Positions 1-13,956 of a DNA stretch of 60,000 nt are shown one piece after another. The DNA comes from Malacoraja senta (lineage: Eukaryota), in the NCBI GenBank assembly GCA_038087875.1, contig CM075987.1:20276001-20336000 (forward strand). The letters run 5' to 3'. The position numbers and the translations under genes are program-made. The notes beneath the pieces were generated by a model. That model was given only the letters and a program-made list of their open reading frames with translations. It did no database searches and was not told where the DNA came from. Within the stretch, counting starts at the first letter, position 1. Every line of letters begins with the position of its first letter.

Positions 1-1314
1 CAGTGAATGTTACCATTCAAGCATGTTCATTTTCATCAGCGAATATTTGCTTTTGTTGATCTGTGATTGGTTAAAGGCAAAAACCTTTTTAATTCTATTG
101 AAAGGTCATGGCATCTTGATAGTAAATGCAATCATTCTTAGCTCGGAAGCAGTTAAACTGATTTCTGGTGCACATATCATGACCCAATTCTCAAGTAATT
201 TGAATTATTGCGTTCTCGGGTTAAGCATGGCTAAGCACATTAAGACTGATTACGTTATTTCTGGAATTATCCTGAGTTAAGTAATATATCCTGAATTACT
301 TGTGCAAGAAGAAATTAATTTAATCTTCACTTGCTGCTGGATACTTTCTTGTCTGAGCAAGGGCTTATTTTTCTTTTATCTGACGGTGGCAAGTGTTGTA
401 ATGAAACAGAAAATTAAAGTTATTTGAAATGTTTAATTTTTCTTTGGAAAACTCACATAAATGTAAGCATGTGGCAAGTATCATTCAGAAAAACTGTTCC
501 ACACATACCCCCCCCCCCCCCCCCCCAAGGACATCAGAAGGGTTAGCTGCTCTCCATGATGAATTTGTTATGACTTTTAAAATCCATTCAGTGATACATG
601 CATTTATTTATGCAAGTCTGGAACTTTCATGCGTGGCTACTGTTTGTCTGATTTTATTTTGCCCAGCCCAAATTATATAATTTCAAAACTATGAATTTGG
701 AAGAATTAACATTAAGCATTATAAAATCTGTGATATAATTTATGATATAAGTTTGTAGTTGCAATAACAGATCACTGCTGAGAACCTTTCCATACTGTTC
801 AGCTTGCAGTTAGTGCATTACGTCTGCTCGCAGCTCCATCAGAATTCTGGTAATTAGGCTGCTCTGATTATCAGTCAGTTTCCACATATTCTTGTTTTCG
901 AAAATGGGAATCCTGCTAGATTTAGAAGTTTATAATTCTCTTGATGTATCTTATGGAAAGTTGAAGTTAACAGTGTTAAACATTGTTAGGGCTTCAGATT
1001 TTAATGGGATGATGAGATTTTTAACTACTGCGATTAATGAAAATGTATATTGTAGAATGTAGTTCCTTTCAATATGTTAGACCAATGAGATTGCCATTAA
1101 ATTGCTGAAGTAATATCTTTACTGTTATTTTCCCTTAACTTGGAAGCTTTATAAAATGTTCTCAATTGAAGGATGCTACTATACGAGAAACAAACCCAGC
1201 TACCGGTTATTCCCATATAATTCTCTCGAGTCAACTAAAAGAAGAAAAATCCTTGGGTTGGTTTGCCAAAATGTGTGGAATATTTATTTGAGATGTAAAT
1301 CCCAGCAGGAAATG

Positions 1315-4137
1315 CTAGGACTATGATATAGTTGGGATCACGGAGACATGGCTCCAGGGGAACCAAGGCTGGGAGCTGAACATCCAGGGATATTCAATAT
1401 TCAGGAGGGATAGACAGAAAGGGAAAGGAGGTGGGGTAGCGTTGCTGGTTAGAGAGCAGATTAACGCAATAGAAAGGAAGGACATTAGCTTGGAGGATGT
1501 GGAATCGATATGGGTAGAGCTGCAAAACACTAAGGGGCAGAAAATGCTAGTGGGAGTTGTGTACAGGCCACCTAACAGTAGTAGTGGAGTTGGGGATGGC
1601 ATCAAACAGGAAATTAGAAATGCGTGCAACAAAGGTAAAACAGTTATAATGGGTGACTTCAATCTACATATAGATTGGGTGAATCAAATTGGCAAGGGTG
1701 CTGAGGGAGAGGATTTCTTGGAATGTATGCGGGATAGTTTTCTAAACCAACATGTAGAGGAACCAACGAGAGAGCAGGCTATTCTAGACTGGGTATTGAG
1801 TAATGAGGAAGGGTTAGTTAGCAGTCTTGTTGTGCGTGGCCCCTTGGGCAAGAGTGACCATAATATGGTTGAGTTCTTCATTAGGATGGAGAGTGACATT
1901 GTTAATTCAGAAACAAGGGTCCTGAACTTAAAGAAAGGTAACTTAGAGGGTATGAGAAGTGAATTGGCCAAGATAGACTGGCAATTGATTCTTAATGGGT
2001 TGATGGTAGATATGCAATGGAAGGCATTTAAAGACTGCATGGATGAACTACAACAATTGTTCATCCCAGTTTGGCAAAAAAATAAATCGGGGAAGGTAGT
2101 GCATCCATGGATAACAAGGGAAATCAGGGATAGTATCAAAACAAAAGATGAAGCGTACAAATTAGCCAGAAAAAGCAGCCTACCAGAGGAATGGGAGAAA
2201 TTCAGAGTCCAGCAGAGGAGGACAAAGGGCTTTATTAGGAAAGGGAAAATAGATTATGAAAGAAAACTGGCAGGGAACATAAAAATTGACTGCAAAACCT
2301 TTTATAGATATGTGAAGACAAAAAGATTAGTTAAAAGAAATGTAGGTCCCTTGCCATCAGAAACAGGTGAATTGATCATGGGGAACAAGGACATGGCAGA
2401 CCAATTGAATAACTACTTTGGTTATGTCTTCACTAAGGAAGACATAAATAATCTGCCGGAAATAGCAGGGGACCGGGGGTCAAATGAGATGGAGGAACTG
2501 AGTGAAATCCAGGTTAGCCGGGAAGTGGTGTTCGGTAAATTGAATGGATTAAAGGCCAATAAATCCCCAGGGCCAGGTAGGCTGCATCCCAGAGTACTTA
2601 AGGAAGTAGCCCCAGAAATAGTGGATGCATTAGTGATAATTTTTCAAAACTCTTTAGATTCTGGAGTAGTTCCTGAGGATTGGAGGGTAGCTAATGTAAC
2701 CCCACTTTTTAAAAAGGGAGGGAGAGAGAAAACGGGGAATTACAGACCAGTTAGGCTAATGTCGGTAGTGGGGAAACTGCTAGAATCAGTTATTAAAGAT
2801 GGGATAGCAGCACATTTGGAAAGTGGTGAAATCATTGGACAAAGTCAGCATGGATTTATGAAAGGTAAATCATGTCTGACGAATCTTATAGAATTTTTCG
2901 AGGATGTAACTAGTAGAGTGGATAAGGGAGAACCAGTGGATGTGTTATATCTGGACTTTCAGAAGGCTTTCGACAAGGTCCCACTTAAGAGATTAGTATA
3001 CAAACTTAAAGCACACGGTATTGGGGGTTCAGTATTGATGTGGATAGAGAACTGGCTGGCAGACAGGAAGCAAAGAGTAGGAGTAAACGGGTCCTTTTCA
3101 CAATGGCAGGCAGTGACTAGTGGGGTACCGCAAGGCTCATTGCTGGGACCCCAGCTATTTACGATATATATTAATGATTTGGATGAGGGAATTGAATGCA
3201 ACATCTCCAAGTTTGCGGATGACACGAAGCTGGGGGCAGTGTTAGCTGTGAGGAGGATGCTCGGAGGCTGCAAGGTGACTTGGATAGGCTGGGTGAGTGG
3301 GCAAATGCATGGCAGATGCAGTATAATGTGGATAAATGTGAGGTTATCCACTTTGGTGGCAAAAACAGGAAAGTAGACTATTATCTGAATGGTGGCCGAT
3401 TAGGAAAAGGGGAGATGCAACGAGACCTGGGTGTCATGGTACACCAGTCATTAAAAGTAGGCATGCAGGTGCAGCAGGCAGTGAAGAAGGCGAATGGTAT
3501 GTTAGCATTCATAGCAAAAGGATTTGAGTATAGGAGCAGGGAGGTTCTACTGCAGTTGTACAGGGTCTTGGTGAGACCACACCTGGAGTATTGCGTACAG
3601 TTTTGGTCTCCTAATCTGAGGAAAGACATTCTTGCCATAGAGGGAGTACAGAGAAGGTTCACCAGACTGATTCCTGGGATGTCAGGACTTTCATATGAAG
3701 AAAGACTGGATAGACTCGGTTTGTACTCGTTAGAATTTAGAAGATTGAGGGGGGATCTTATAGAAACGTACAAAATCTTAAGGGGTTGGACAGGCTAGAT
3801 GCAGGAAGATTGTTCCCGATGTTGGGGAAGTCCAGAACAAGGGGTCACAGTTTAAGGATAAGGGGGAAATCTTTTAGGACCGTGATGAGGAAAACAGTTT
3901 TCACACAGAGAGTGGTGAATCTCTGGAATTCTCTGGCACAGAAGGTAGTTGAGGCCAGTTCATTGGCTATATTTAAGAGGGAGTTAGATGTGGCCCTTGT
4001 GGCTAAAAGGATCAGGGCGTATGGAGAGAAAGCAGGTACAGGATACTGAGTTGGATGATCAGCCATGATCATATCGAATGGCGGTGCAGGCTTGAAGGGC
4101 CGAATGGCCTACTGCACCTATTTTCTATGTTTCTATG
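1315..4137 (+). mobile_element. CR1-clade LINE (HER1-like), 5'-truncated, young; ORF2 APE endonuclease plus RT with two frameshifts
   Basis: ORFs 1442-3376, 3280-3798 and 3786-4049 carry APE motifs (VYRPP, MGDFN, SDH) and RT motifs (QGS, FADD); 3' tail TTTCTATG x2; possible TSD GAAATG at 1309-1314 and 4137-4142. Confidence 0.95.
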
Positions 4138-5429
4138 AAATGATATTAAATTAATCAAATCATTGTTTCATAGAAGATCTTTCCTGCAAGACGACAGGAG
4201 AAACTTCCAACCTATTACTTTGGATATAATTTGTGTGATGGCCCTGTATGTAACCCACCAAACCCAATAAATCCCCAATTACTCAAATGTACTGTCTTCC
4301 AATATTTTTGTTGTAGCAAACAAAATCCTGGTTGTACTTTGTATGAAGTGAAATGGAAGCATATAAAGGCTTTTGAGAGTGCAAGGAAAAATCCACTAAA
4401 GCAGATCTCATGGTGAATGATTCCAAACAAAATTGTTTCTTTATAGCCCCAAACAGAAATTTAATAAATATATTTTAAATAATTTTTAAAATAGATTATT
4501 AAGATAAACTCTTTCTTGTGGCTGACTAGTCAAGATTCAGAAAACATTAATTTCAACTAATACACATCACAATAATTGGAGATGGTATTAGGAAAAACAT
4601 TTTTATACAAGGAGTTGTTTGGGATTTCAGCGTGCGTGTGGGTAGTATAAAGTTATTGCCTTTTGAATGTGCAGCTTTAAGACATCAGGTATTTTTTCTA
4701 TTTCATTAATTTTATATTTTTCTGTAATATCTTTGAATACATTCTAAAATAGCACCTTCAACAACAGCAAAGTGCATCACTGAGCCTGCGGTTGTGCTGA
4801 TTATGAACAAAGGTTATTGCTGAAGAGGAACTGAGAAGTACTGTCATTTGATCTTTGACATAGTTAACGTGGAAAGTGCTGCGATGGTGACGTTGCATTG
4901 AGAAGAATCCTTTTGATCTGTTATTCTTTTAGAGGCAAGGTAAATTCTAAGAGCTGGTGCACTTTTATTTTTGCTGGGCTTTTGTAAGCAGAAGATGCTA
5001 AGTTTTCAGTGCCACCCCAAATAGTCCTCCTGCTACTTGAACAATCCAGGGTCAGGAATTCTGTTGAGTTCATAGGAATGTTACTTATTTTGCAAAGAAG
5101 CCTTTGAGAATATCCTTAAATTATTTCATTTGTTGTTCTGGTCATTGTTTCCTGTGACATAGTTTGGAGTGTGTGTTTTGGCAATATGTGTTGAGTATGA
5201 CATGGGCTCTCCACTGGTCAGCCAAACCTAATTAAATTATGCCTGAAGAAGGGTCTAGACCTGAATCATCACCCATTCCTCTCCAGAGATGCTGCCTGTC
5301 CTGCTGAGTTACTCCAGCTCTTTATGTCTACTATAATTATATTAAAGATTGATTCTGTTAAGACCAACCTTTCAAGTAATGAATTTCAGATTCAGACTAC
5401 TCACATTAAAAATATTTTTTCCTCACCTT

Positions 5430-6130
5430 GTCCTTGACAGGCCCGTTTAATTGAACTACCATCTTTCTATTTACTCTTTCTAAATCAGCCACACATCCCA
5501 TCAATTCTACCTTTAAGCTGCTTTGCTCCAAAGAAAATAGCCGAGCTTCTCCATTTATTCTTTAACTGAAATCAGTAATCCCTGGAACCATTCCAATAAA
5601 TGCTTCCTGTATCCTCTCCAGGCCCTTTTGCATCCTTCCTGAAGTGTGGTGACCAGAATTGGAAACAATACTCCAATAGTGGTGTTAGCAGTGTTTTGAA
5701 AAAGTTCAACACAACTTTCCTGCCTTTGTAATCTCTGCCTCCATTTACGAATTTCGGGGTCCCATATGTTTTACTAACTCTGAACATAACCTTTCCACTT
5801 TCAAATACTTTTGCATGTGTGGAACCAAGTCCCTCGGCTCCAGCACATTCTTTGACCCTGCCATTTAGTCTGTAATGCGTCTCCTTATTCTTTATGCTAA
5901 TATATATTACGTCACTATTAAATTTATTTTACCAATTGTTTCCCTGTTCAGCCAGCCCAATACATGCAGTGTAATCTATTACTTTCTCCCTCACTATTTT
6001 ACCACGTTGCCAGGTTATCTGCACATTTGAACATTCTACCCTGCACACCCATGCCCAAATCATTACAAAATATCATCTACCCTCAATCATCCTCCCGTCT
6101 GAAAGAAACTGATTATCACAATTCTCTACA
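5430..6130 (-). mobile_element. degenerate CR1 LINE fragment
   Basis: minus ORF 5572-5787 contains LEYCFQFWSPHFRKD, the CR1 RT C-terminal motif. Confidence 0.75.
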
Positions 6131-7202
6131 TTCTTCCTTCTAAACCAATTTCTTACCCTTGCCACCATGACCATGGTAAAGCAGAATGGCATGAATCATA
6201 ACTAAATCTCTCACTCGCACACTATATGTCATTAAGCAACTCTGCTGAGCAGAACTTCAGTCAAAAATGATGACTTGTGAATTTCTCATGCACTCTGCAG
6301 AAAGGGCAATGGAGATTAAGTTACCCATGCTGTGATTAATGTTTTACTTCTGAGAGACAATTTCCAGTATCATTGCAGATGATCTTTTTCTGCCTTAGCC
6401 CCATTTTGCTTTGCACGATCATATTAAATCAATTTGCGTACCATGCCAATTCAGGAGCTTGTTATATCTTACTTTTATGTCATTCCATGCTGGTTTATAG
6501 ACACTGATAGCTTCAAATTAACATTGCTGCTTTAACATTTTCTATATTGGATTGTTTAATTTTCCATGCAAGGTTCAGTTACGTTTTAAAAGGTAATTTT
6601 CATCACTGATTTTGAGAGTAGCAGATTGAGTTGATCCCAAATTTGCCATATTGTTTTATCGCTGTGCTTTAACAGTCAAAAGCAACAGCACTTGCTTTTG
6701 ACTGTTTGACATTCCTGTTTAGGAATGCAACTATTTGAGAGGAAAGTTAATATTTAAAAAAAAACAATAACCGCTCACCAGGTTTTAATATATTCCACGA
6801 GTTAGGAGCTGCATGCTGTGGCATGAAATATCATGTTTTAAGTGGCTTTTCCGTGCACCACTAAATTTGTAAAGATGCATGCAGTTCTGCTATTGAGAAT
6901 AACAGCTGAATCTGGGCAGGTTTTACTTTGATAAGTTCACTTTGCACCTGCATTGTTTTGATAGTGTTCCAAAAGAATAAAATGCAATAAACTTGAATGC
7001 CCTGAAGTGAAGTTGCTATATCTGAGAATAGCAGGAATTTGGATGTTAGAACTGTACTTAATATGTACAAAATGTGTAACTGGATCCAAACCTAACTTTG
7101 ATTTTGATCAATGCATTGGAAAGCATGGACGTCTGTAGATTATGACAGTGCATTTATTAATGGAAGAATGTAAATCTTTTAATTCTGTGTAATCTCCAGG
7201 AA

Positions 7203-8463
7203 ATGTTTCCCCCTCTACCCTCAAGCTCTGTGCCGAACAACTGGCACCAGTCTACACAGACATTTTCAACCAGTCCCTGCAAACCTGCACTGTCCCTGCC
7301 TGTTTCAAAGTCTCCATTATTGTTCCTGTACCCAAAAAGCCAAGGATTACTGGTCTTAATGACCGCGGGCCTCTCGCACTGACCCCTGTAATCATGAAGA
7401 CTCTTGAAAGACTTGTGCTGGTCCACCTGAAAAATATCACGAACCCCCTGCTAGAACCCTTGTAGTTTGCATACCAGGCCAATAGATCAGTCAACCTCGG
7501 CCTGCACTTCATCCTCCAGCACCTAGACCACCAGGGGACCTATGCAAGGATTTTGTTTGTGGATTTTACCTCTGCATCCAACACCATTGTGCCAGAGCTT
7601 CTACATTCCAAACTCTCCCAGTTGTCTGTGCCTGAACCCCTCTGTCAGTGAATCATCAACTTCCTGACAGACAGGAAGCAGCATGTGAGGCTGGGAAAGC
7701 ACATCTCGGACCCGCTGACCATCAGCATAGGAGCACGGCTCCTTTACTCACTCTACACCAACGACTGCACCTCCACAGACTCTGTCAAGCTTCTCAAGTT
7801 TGTGGACGACACAACCCTGATTGGACTGATCCAGGATGGGGAGGAATCTGCCTACAAACAGGAAGTGACACAGCTGGCGTCCTGGTGCCATCGCAACAAC
7901 CTAGAGCTCAATGCACTTATGACAGTGAAGTTGATTGTAGACTTTAGGAGAGCTTTCCCCCCCCCCCCCACTCACCATCAACAACACCACAGTCACATCT
8001 GTGGAGTCATTTAAGTTCTTTGGAACCATCATCTCCAGGGACCTCAAATGGGACGCCACCATCGCCTGTTCGATCAGCCGAGAAGGTTGTTAGCTGCAAC
8101 CCCCCCCCCCCCCATCGACGAACTGTACACTGCAAGGGCCGGGGTAAGATCATCTCAGACCCCTCTCACCCTGGCCACAAGCTCTGAAGCACTTCCCTCT
8201 GCAAGGCGACTCCGGACTGTCAAAATCGCCATGGCCAGACATAAAAGCAGCTTTATTCCACGGGCAGTAGCTATACTCAACAACCAAAAGTCTGTAGCCT
8301 CCATTTCCTCTGGTATTTTATTTCATTCTTCACATGTTTAAATTATAATGTTTTATTCCTAATTGTTAACTGTATATCGTGGTGTTACTTGCGAGCAAAG
8401 CACCAAGGCAAATTCCTTGTATGTATACATACTTGTCTAATAAAAATGTATTCAATTCAATTA
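7203..8463 (+). mobile_element. Rex1/Babar-type LINE, 5'-truncated, disrupted RT
   Basis: [33 protein letters not shown] and KFVDDTTLIGLI; 3' end AATAAA followed by an ATTCA-repeat tail. Confidence 0.88.
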
Positions 8464-8534
8464 GTTTATCTGAATTTAATCCTGTAACATGGCATGAGTC
8501 ATGTTCCAGCGCAAAATATAAATTTAAATCCAGC

Positions 8535-9325
8535 CATGCATGAGATTTCTCCGCGGACCCGCGGATTTTGAAATTAGTTTAAACAAATCTCTATAAATCT
8601 ATAAATGGCTTTCCACGCGAGACAGTGGGGGCGGGACTGATGATCGAGGGCGCAAATTGGACGAGAGGACGTCGGTCAGCAGGCAGTGGGGGGGGGCGGG
8701 ACATGATGATTCAGCACGAGGATTGGAGGAGGGAGGTGTCCGGGAGCGGGCTAGGCCTGGTGGAGTGAGGGACCGGGAGCACAGTTAGCGCAGGTAGCGG
8801 CGGCCCCAGGGGAGGGCAGCGGGAGAGTGGGCACTGGGCCTTGTAGGTGTCAATAAGCACTTTAAAGCAAGTAGAGGGAGTGTGTGTGAGCCTGGTGAGC
8901 AGAGGGGGGGGGAGTCTCTGAGTGTGAGTAAAGGTGAGGGGACGTCCCTATGAGTGTGAGCAGTGAGGGGTTCCCTGTGAGTATAAGCATTGAGGGGTTC
9001 CCTGTGATTGTGAGCAGTGAGGGGGTTCCTGTGAGTGTGAGCAGTGAGGGGGTCCTTGTGAGTGAGCAAAGGCTTCCTGTGAGTGAGCAGTGAGGGGTTC
9101 CCTGTGTGTGAGTGGGGAAGACCCTGTGAGAAATTAAGGGTAAACAGGCAAGAAAACGGTGTAATTTCAAGGTACAATTATCAAAAAAAATCTGCATAAA
9201 GGGAGTGCTGCCCCCTTTTACCCCTGCCAAGGGCATTGCCCCTTGGAATCCTACCAGGGGGCAATTCCCCCTGGACTCTCATCTCTCTTCCTCTTCGTCC
9301 ATTTTTTTTCTCCGTCTCATGCCTG
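8535..9325. mobile_element. putative non-autonomous TIR element with internal minisatellite
   Basis: CATGCATGAGA at 8535 and TCTCATGCCTG ending 9325 form a 10/11 inverted match; GC-rich interior in AT-rich surroundings; no TSD found. Confidence 0.45.
8915..9130 (+). repeat. minisatellite, ~27-nt unit GTGAGTGTGAGCAGTGAGGGGTTCCCT
   Basis: about 8 degenerate tandem units visible. Confidence 0.85.
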
Positions 9326-9521
9326 TGGAGCATTTCATACGATACGATAGAACTTTATTCATCCCTGGAGGAAAATTAATTTGGTCATCATAAAGTTGTT
9401 ACTTTTGAATGCAAAAATATGAAAAAGTCCATACCTTGCCACCGTGAGTGTGTGATTATCTTTAAACTGGGATTTATTTGCTAATGTATCTCAAATGCAC
9501 ATTGAAGTGTATGACAATACA

Positions 9522-10562
9522 TAGCAATGTTACAAAATTTTGAGATTTTAAAAATAAAGTCTGCAATTTATCCCATCAGATAAAGCATAAAAAGAAGTTT
9601 AATTTGACACTTAATGCACTTTCATATCTTCAGTATTAAAAAAGTTATGGCCATTATCATACTCAGAAATTAGCATCTAGTTCCCTATTGCTTTTCCATT
9701 GACTTAACACAAAAGCTGTGATCGAGGACAGTTAAAAGCCCATAACTTTCTTAAAAATTATGATAACTGAAAGAAATCTTCAGTTATTATAGATTGAAGC
9801 ATTCTGAAACAAATATGAAACAATCTTACTTCGAAGACATGAAAGTAAAGCATATAATTAGTTAGTTACCTAATTGTAGCTAATTACAAAATTCAATTAC
9901 TAGATCTAAACATCTATCAATTTCTTAAGAATAGATTAACATTTTTAAATAGCCTAAGTGTCCAAATAACATTCACACAATAATTCACAATATAACATAA
10001 TTTTTAAATCTAATTTTCATGAATTTACAGGCCAAATGGAAGGAATTGAATGTTTAATACCTGTAAATTAATGGGGATTTAATTCATCTTGCAAGTGAGG
10101 ATTTCTGGAACGCGATCTTTTGGAACGTTCATTTGCGGTGAATTTAACCCCGTATTGTCATGAAAAATACTGCCGTTAATTCGGGGAATAAAATCACCGT
10201 GTCGCATGAAAAAATGTGAATTAAAGGCTTCTTAAGAAGCACTTTTATACATTTAAAGAAACCACTTTCGTTTACCTGTCCCGTGTGTGAAATCCGTCCC
10301 CGTTATCGGCGTTGAAGCTTCAGGAGCTGCTTTTAAAATTACTCTAGCGCTGACATTGACGATTTAATAATAAAACAAAATTCACAAAACGCCGGTAGGA
10401 ACGATTTGTCAGCCAAGGCTTGTACTCCAACAAAATATTAACCAGAACAAGGGAGGAGAAACCCGCGTTTTAACCCCGCCCCCCCTTAAAGGCGCCAAAA
10501 TCGCGCACACGGCCAGTGGCAGAATTACAGCACGACTGAAGGTAAGTTTTGTAACATACCTA
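9522..10562. mobile_element. unclassified non-autonomous DNA transposon
   Basis: TIRs TAGCAATGTTACAAAA and TTTTGTAACATACCTA; direct repeat CAATACA at 9515-9521 and 10563-10569. Confidence 0.8.
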
Positions 10563-13500
10563 CAATACACATAGAAGTGATTGACAATTTTTTACCTGTG
10601 TAAAATGTGATATTATTGAAGCCTGCTCATGTTGAGTTCTATGGTGTGTGGTACTTAAACATTTTGTCTAATAAAACTAACTTGAGAAGCAATGATCGAG
10701 TGGCATAATTACAATTTTACTTTAGTGATGAAGAAAAGTTGCATCAAACAGTATGTTACAATGTTAGCAGAGCAAATCTATATGTCTTATTTCTAAGAAG
10801 GCAACTGATTTGGGACATTTTATAACTCAAGCTTTAAATTCCCCTGTACAAAATTATTTTCCATTTCTCATGTTACAAATAATTTCTTGGCCTGTGTCAA
10901 AGGTAAATGCATATTCCTAATTTTGGCACAAACCTTTCTATAATTATTTCCTTAATGACACAACAGTCTATCACTTTTGTGAAATGAGTTTGATTATAAT
11001 TACTAGAAATTTTATTTTATTTTGATTAAGTGCAGTGCACTACAGATTATTAAGCAGGCTGACTGTACAAATGCTGATCCAAGCAAAACGTTTATTGGCA
11101 AGCCAGTCCTGTAGCTTTCCAAATTCAGCTGTACTGGGCCATCAGTTCTCAATAGGGCAGATTGTTCCACTAAATTATTGAATATTTTAGTTGAAACAAT
11201 GGTTAATCAACAGCAGCTTTTGAATTGTGGAAAAGTGAATGTAAAAAGGTGTCTATCTTAACATGGCACCAGACTGCCACAGCATTGCACAGACAATATT
11301 AATCTTATTCTTATTCCACTCGCATTTTACAATACAGTAACTTCGTTATGTGTAAGAGCTCAAGTTCAGCCTAATTAATCCTTTAGTTGTAATGTCTGCA
11401 GTTCTCAGTTGAACACTAATGTCACATGGTACACAACCATGATGTTATGTGAATATAACCGCAAAAGCTATTTTGATTTATCCTGAGCTGTAGAATTTGC
11501 CCACTTTGCCGTACAATCATTTCTCTTTTGGGGAAAAAAAATTCTCCCAATCAAAAAAATCCACAGAACTTGCTTTGTAATCAGAGATTAAAGATATTAT
11601 GTGCTCATTAAAATGCAAAGGAATTGTCACAGTTATGATATTTAGTAATTAACATGGTTTAAAAAAATATCACTTGAGCAGTAGCTTGATTAGAGTAGCT
11701 TATGAAAATATCAACTAATTTCCTTCAAAGCATGGGTTTCATAGCTTTTGCTGACCTGTTTAATCTCTCAATAAGGCGACATACTAATTTACAATAACAG
11801 GAAAATACTCCAGAGTAAGACAATAGGTGGGTGTGTTTTTAACTATGGTAATTAGAGATAACGAGAAGGCAAAATGTCTGCACTTGGCCATGAGATCACA
11901 TGAAGAGTGATATCCTTATCTGACCTGTTGGAGGAACCAATGCTATGCCTGATTAGCTCTACCAATTACTGAGATGCTGCACAATTGGTGAGGTGGTGCC
12001 ATAATAGACAGTATTCCAATTGTAATTGCCTGACGATTAATGAAATGGATCAACCCTGGATTGTTGTTGTGGTACTGTCTCGGACGAGGCGAGTAGAAGG
12101 AATGGTAGGGAGATGTTCCTTAGAAACGGGGTTTTAACTCTTTATTAAATCCATGCATAGCACTTGAACCTGGGACCATAGAGCTCTTCAGACCAAAGTG
12201 CACAAGGAGAGATCTTGTGCCTAGAAGTAAAAAAAAACAAGGGAAGGTGCAAATCTAACTTATTGATCGTTGTGTGTCTTAAGGTTGTATATTGTGCAAG
12301 GTTTGAGGGATTGTACATTGTCTTTAAAATTAAGAGTTTGAGTAAAGCCAAGTATACCTTTCACCAAATGTCACCAGTAAGTTTCCAATAAAAGTACAAA
12401 TTCAGCAGTACATTCCTACCCCAGTAGCCAATCTCACCAATAATATGATTCCTCTTCCATCTGTGTAATGCAATGCAAAGCAATGGAATTGAACTGATGC
12501 CAATATTTTATTGACCCGCAGCCACTGGATCAGACTTGGAGGGAACCATATTGGTACTGTTGTCTGCTACTATCAACAGAGTAGAGATGTTACTGTCGAA
12601 TTATTTAAAAGCTGAGTTGCTATGTCTTAGAGCAGACTAACTTTGTTTGTCCAGTCTCCTCTTTAGTGGATGTCAGTATTATATTGCAACATTTATGAAT
12701 TGTATTTCTAAGTAAGTAATTGTTTAGAATAATACATAAATATTTATAGTTTTTAAGTTTTATCTTGATAAGGAAGTTTATAAGCAGAGGAATTTGCAAT
12801 CAATTGCGCCATCAGTACAGTGTTGACTAACCCTTCTTCCTGAGTCTATTTCCACAAAACTTGTGCAGAATTAAAGGAGATGTTTTGAGTTTATAGCCTT
12901 ATTTAGATCGCAGGTCTTTCTTTAGATTGATTTTAAAAGGCAACTTCAATGCTGTTCAAATGTAGTAATAGATAATGTAATGTTTATCAGTGTTCTCAGA
13001 ATCCCTTCATGTAGATGCATTGGGCTACAGATGAATTATGACAGTTTTTTTTAACTTTAATGATCAGGAAATCTTAGATTTTACAATTTTTTAATTTCCT
13101 TTTTAATTCTCCTTTCGCCAACCCTATTTGCGAGTGATTGGGAAGAGTACAGCCAGGTTCAGCTTGTTATCGTGCTCCTCCTGCCCTTTTCTTCAAAATT
13201 TAAATTTTCGTCCAGGCCATTGGCCATTTCTAAACCGCATTTGACATTGATAAATCTGATTTTAGTCTAAGTCATCGATTTTGTTCCACACATCAATCTA
13301 TGATTTAATTGAATAGAATTTAATGCATTTCTGTGAGAGATCCACCCCAGTTAAACGCAATCGATACCGACTAGTTTCCTCTCGGTATGTTCGGAATGCG
13401 TTCTCTGGAGATGTTGTAACAATTACGTTTTTCAAACATTGTGTTTTTGTATGCTGTATGAAGCAGCTCCATTACTTTCTGCTTTTCTAATTGCTGGCAA

Positions 13501-13818
13501 AGCACTGGGGCATTTGTTATTAAAATGTATCTTTTGTAATATTAAATTGTTGCACTATGACAGCAGTTTTTTCAGCTCTCCTGTAACAAATCACAGAGCT
13601 TTTAAAACTATAATAATACTGGAGCATCATTGCCTCCAAGTCACACCACTTCATATCTAATCACATTCTTTATGTGCTGATCACAATCTTAGAATTCTAT
13701 ACTTAACACTGTGTGGTCTGAAATGTTTCAAGTGTGCAGACGACCAAAATCATCTCTTGGGGTGGGTAATATTTGTTAATTGCCATAGTAGGCAACGATG
13801 CTACCTGTCAGAATACTT

Positions 13819-13956
13819 GCGTAGGAAAGAACTGCAGATGCTGGTTTAAATCGAAGACTGATCAGTCTGAAGATGGGTCTCGACCCAAAAGGTCACCCAT
13901 TCCTTTTCTCCAGAGATGCTGCCTGTCCTGCTGAGTTACTCCAGCATTTTGTGTCG
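13819..13956. mobile_element. Penelope-type short repeat, inverted arrangement
   Basis: two oppositely oriented pieces of the CTGAAGA...AGATGCTG repeat; TSD ACCTGT(CA/TG)GAATACTT at 13803-13818 and 13957-13972. Confidence 0.75.

Noticed and set aside
1442..3376. 644-aa ORF as a host gene or retron-like RT system
   Set aside because: It is a standard CR1 ORF2 (APE plus RT), truncated and frameshifted, with a LINE tail.
8915..9130. CRISPR-like array
   Set aside because: Contiguous degenerate tandem units without unique spacers, in a eukaryotic intron; it is a minisatellite.
9515..10569. RAG/Transib (RSS-like) transposon
   Set aside because: ACAAAA resembles a nonamer and a 5-bp TSD reading is possible, but the ends lack CAC and there is no heptamer-spacer-nonamer layout.
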